Shown one piece after another: positions 62,234 through 64,000 of a DNA stretch of 64,000 nucleotides. Both the position numbers and the translations under genes were made by a program. The notes below the pieces were generated by a model. It was not told where the DNA came from, did no database searches, and worked only from the letters and a program-made list of their open reading frames with translations. The stretch lies in assembly GCA_030704615.1 (NCBI GenBank), contig CM060732.1, positions 30,566,001 through 30,630,000 on the forward strand, written 5' to 3'. This DNA is from Takakia lepidozioides. Its lineage: Eukaryota > Plantae > Bryophyta. Positions within the stretch are counted from its first letter, which is position 1. Every line of letters starts with the position of its first letter.

Positions 62234-63330
62234 TTACTCACATGCGAAATCGTCGTCCAAGACTTTGTCGTCCCCTTCGTTGATTTCCACATGCACTATA
62301 CCCTCCTGTTGTTGGGCGGCAGACGCCGGCGCTGGCGCTTCCAAGTTATGGAGGAGGTCATTGAAAATGTCCGCATCCCCTTCCATACCAAACAAATGCC
62401 TGCCCGCTGCCTTGCAAGCATGGTACGAAGCTCCTGCAAGACAGAGTACTCTTAGGACACATACTAACAAATTTTGCACCAAGAAGAAAACACTGCAGCA
62501 GGTTTGGGGTGAAACCTGTGCCAAGAGTGAGGTCCACTATACACGCCCCCGGATGGGAACAAGTCTCCACAATTGTTTGAATAAATGTTGGGCTCTTCTC
62601 CTTGGCCCCTCTCCATGGTGTGGAGTTGGACTTTCGCAAGCACACATTGGAATCCACGTAATTGTAGTGCATGTCGTCCACCCCTGGACCGAACTTATCG
62701 TTGATGAAAGAACCTCCCCCATGAAGCCTGAACTCCTTCACTGCTGTGGGAGTTGAAGTAGGGTGCACTCTGACGAGGCAAACGGCCTAAAAAAGGCAGG
62801 TCTACACACAAGACAACATGAAGCACATATTAGTGAATCCAAAAAAATCCATCTGGAAAGAACAGTGCTTGAAACCTCCGAAAATGAGTGCGTTGACGCA
62901 CTCATTTCTGCAGGGGTGAAATGGAACTTCAAATGAAGCAGGTAAGAGAAAGTTGATTACCATTTGTCCGGGACAGTCGCCATTTGTCAAGTACAGGCTG
63001 TTCACACCATTCCACGTTTTGATGATTTTCATCTCCGAGGCCTTGAGGTAGCTTGCAAGCTCCCGGTGACATTTCGTATTGACTGACTGGATCATTACAA
63101 GAACCCCTGCATCCGATAAAAAAAAATTGCAAAATGAAAATACCCACCGCCAGTACCTCTCATCAAATGCATTCCATGTTGGGCAAGTGCCTGTGGGTAA
63201 AATGTCCGGTACTGGCAGCCCATCCGGAATGTCCTCCACCACAGCAAAACCATCATCTTCAACTGCGGCACTGAAAGGACAAGGTTCTTCAGTATACTGA
63301 AACTCGGCGAAGGCCACGTCATTAGGAGAA
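62234..63330 (-). pseudogene. Beta-class N4/N6 DNA-methyltransferase-like domain; exons ~63330-62961, 62801-62516, 62433-62234
   Basis: Motif-IV-like VVEDIPDG followed by W N ...FLSDAGVLV; spliced motif X-I region PWRGAKEKSPTFIQTIVETCSHPGACIVDLTLGT|GASYHACKAAGRHLFGMEGD; one in-frame stop. Confidence 0.72.
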
Positions 63331-64000
63331 GCCATGTGGTGAAGATACGATGGTGAGTACCAATACAACTGTGCGACATGGACAGTTAAAAACCTTTCGG
63401 AGGCGATTGCAAAACCCCAAAAGTGTTTTGCTAAGGCAAGAGGCAGTTGTACAATTGGCCCCACACATCAAACCAATAACGGTCAAGGGTATTGAACTAC
63501 ACCGCCAGGGCAGTTGCCAAATTGATGGAGAAGGGAACAAAACTGTTTATTTTGTCAGTGTCACACCAACGGGAAAAGCGACGCGCCGTCTTGGATATGG
63601 CAATCCAATGTGTGTTGTACGGCGTTCCACAACGTGAAACCGGACAGTGCATTGAGTGCCGAACCCGGGCAATATCCGCGTTCTTGACGTTATGTATGTT
63701 TCTTTCGGAAGAAGGCAAAATCCGTGTTCGATAGGGCGATGATATGTCTCATGTGCGCAATATTTCATCCAAATCACCAAACATCCACATTTGAAGAAAA
63801 CGGCCTTATTGATGGGCAATAGGGGCCGCACACTAAAACCGCATCAGTGAGAGCGATCAATTTGGGGGGTTAGAAGGTAGACACGCACGTCCTTAACCAC
63901 ATGCATAACTGACGGCTTAAGAGGGTTTCTTACTTTCTCTATTGTTGTTAGTCAAGCTGGAGAGCTGCGGGAGTGAAAGAGAAGACATAGGAAGAAGACG

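Noticed and set aside
63340-63900. Possible second MTase-like or inverted coding piece on the plus strand (FLSEEG)
   Set aside because: Frames are too broken to support a call; it may mark the distal inversion breakpoint but cannot be resolved in this window

Overview
This is eukaryotic nuclear DNA from a land plant, probably a non-seed plant judging by the TE and PPR types; the species cannot be fixed from sequence alone. The left edge holds the 5' exons of an RMC1/Mic1 gene. The rest is a TE-dense locus around one intact PLS-class PPR-E-DYW gene (32675-35296, minus) and several broken paralogues. Main result: splicing the short upstream exons adds three complete OSB-type 'PDF' motifs (W..F.DP..WWDNR..|.P..PDFKHK.T...LW.....P.WV...L) in front of the PPR-DYW deaminase, i.e. 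a predicted ssDNA-binding module fused to an RNA-editing enzyme. The PDF module has spread by 583-bp tandem duplication, an inverted copy and capture in a Pack-CACTA. Second system: nested GCM/SWIM Mutator-like elements carry a divergently oriented accessory gene with a ParB-like domain and a beta-class N4/N6 DNA-methyltransferase-like domain; an inverted target-site duplication suggests the two halves are one gene split by an inversion. Also present are a young Ty3/Gypsy element with extra ORFs and internal inversions, CACTA elements, a kinesin-7 fragment, a Penelope-like remnant with a minimal hammerhead ribozyme, a REL-type LINE fragment, satellites and palindromic repeat arrays. All calls were made by eye, with no database searches.
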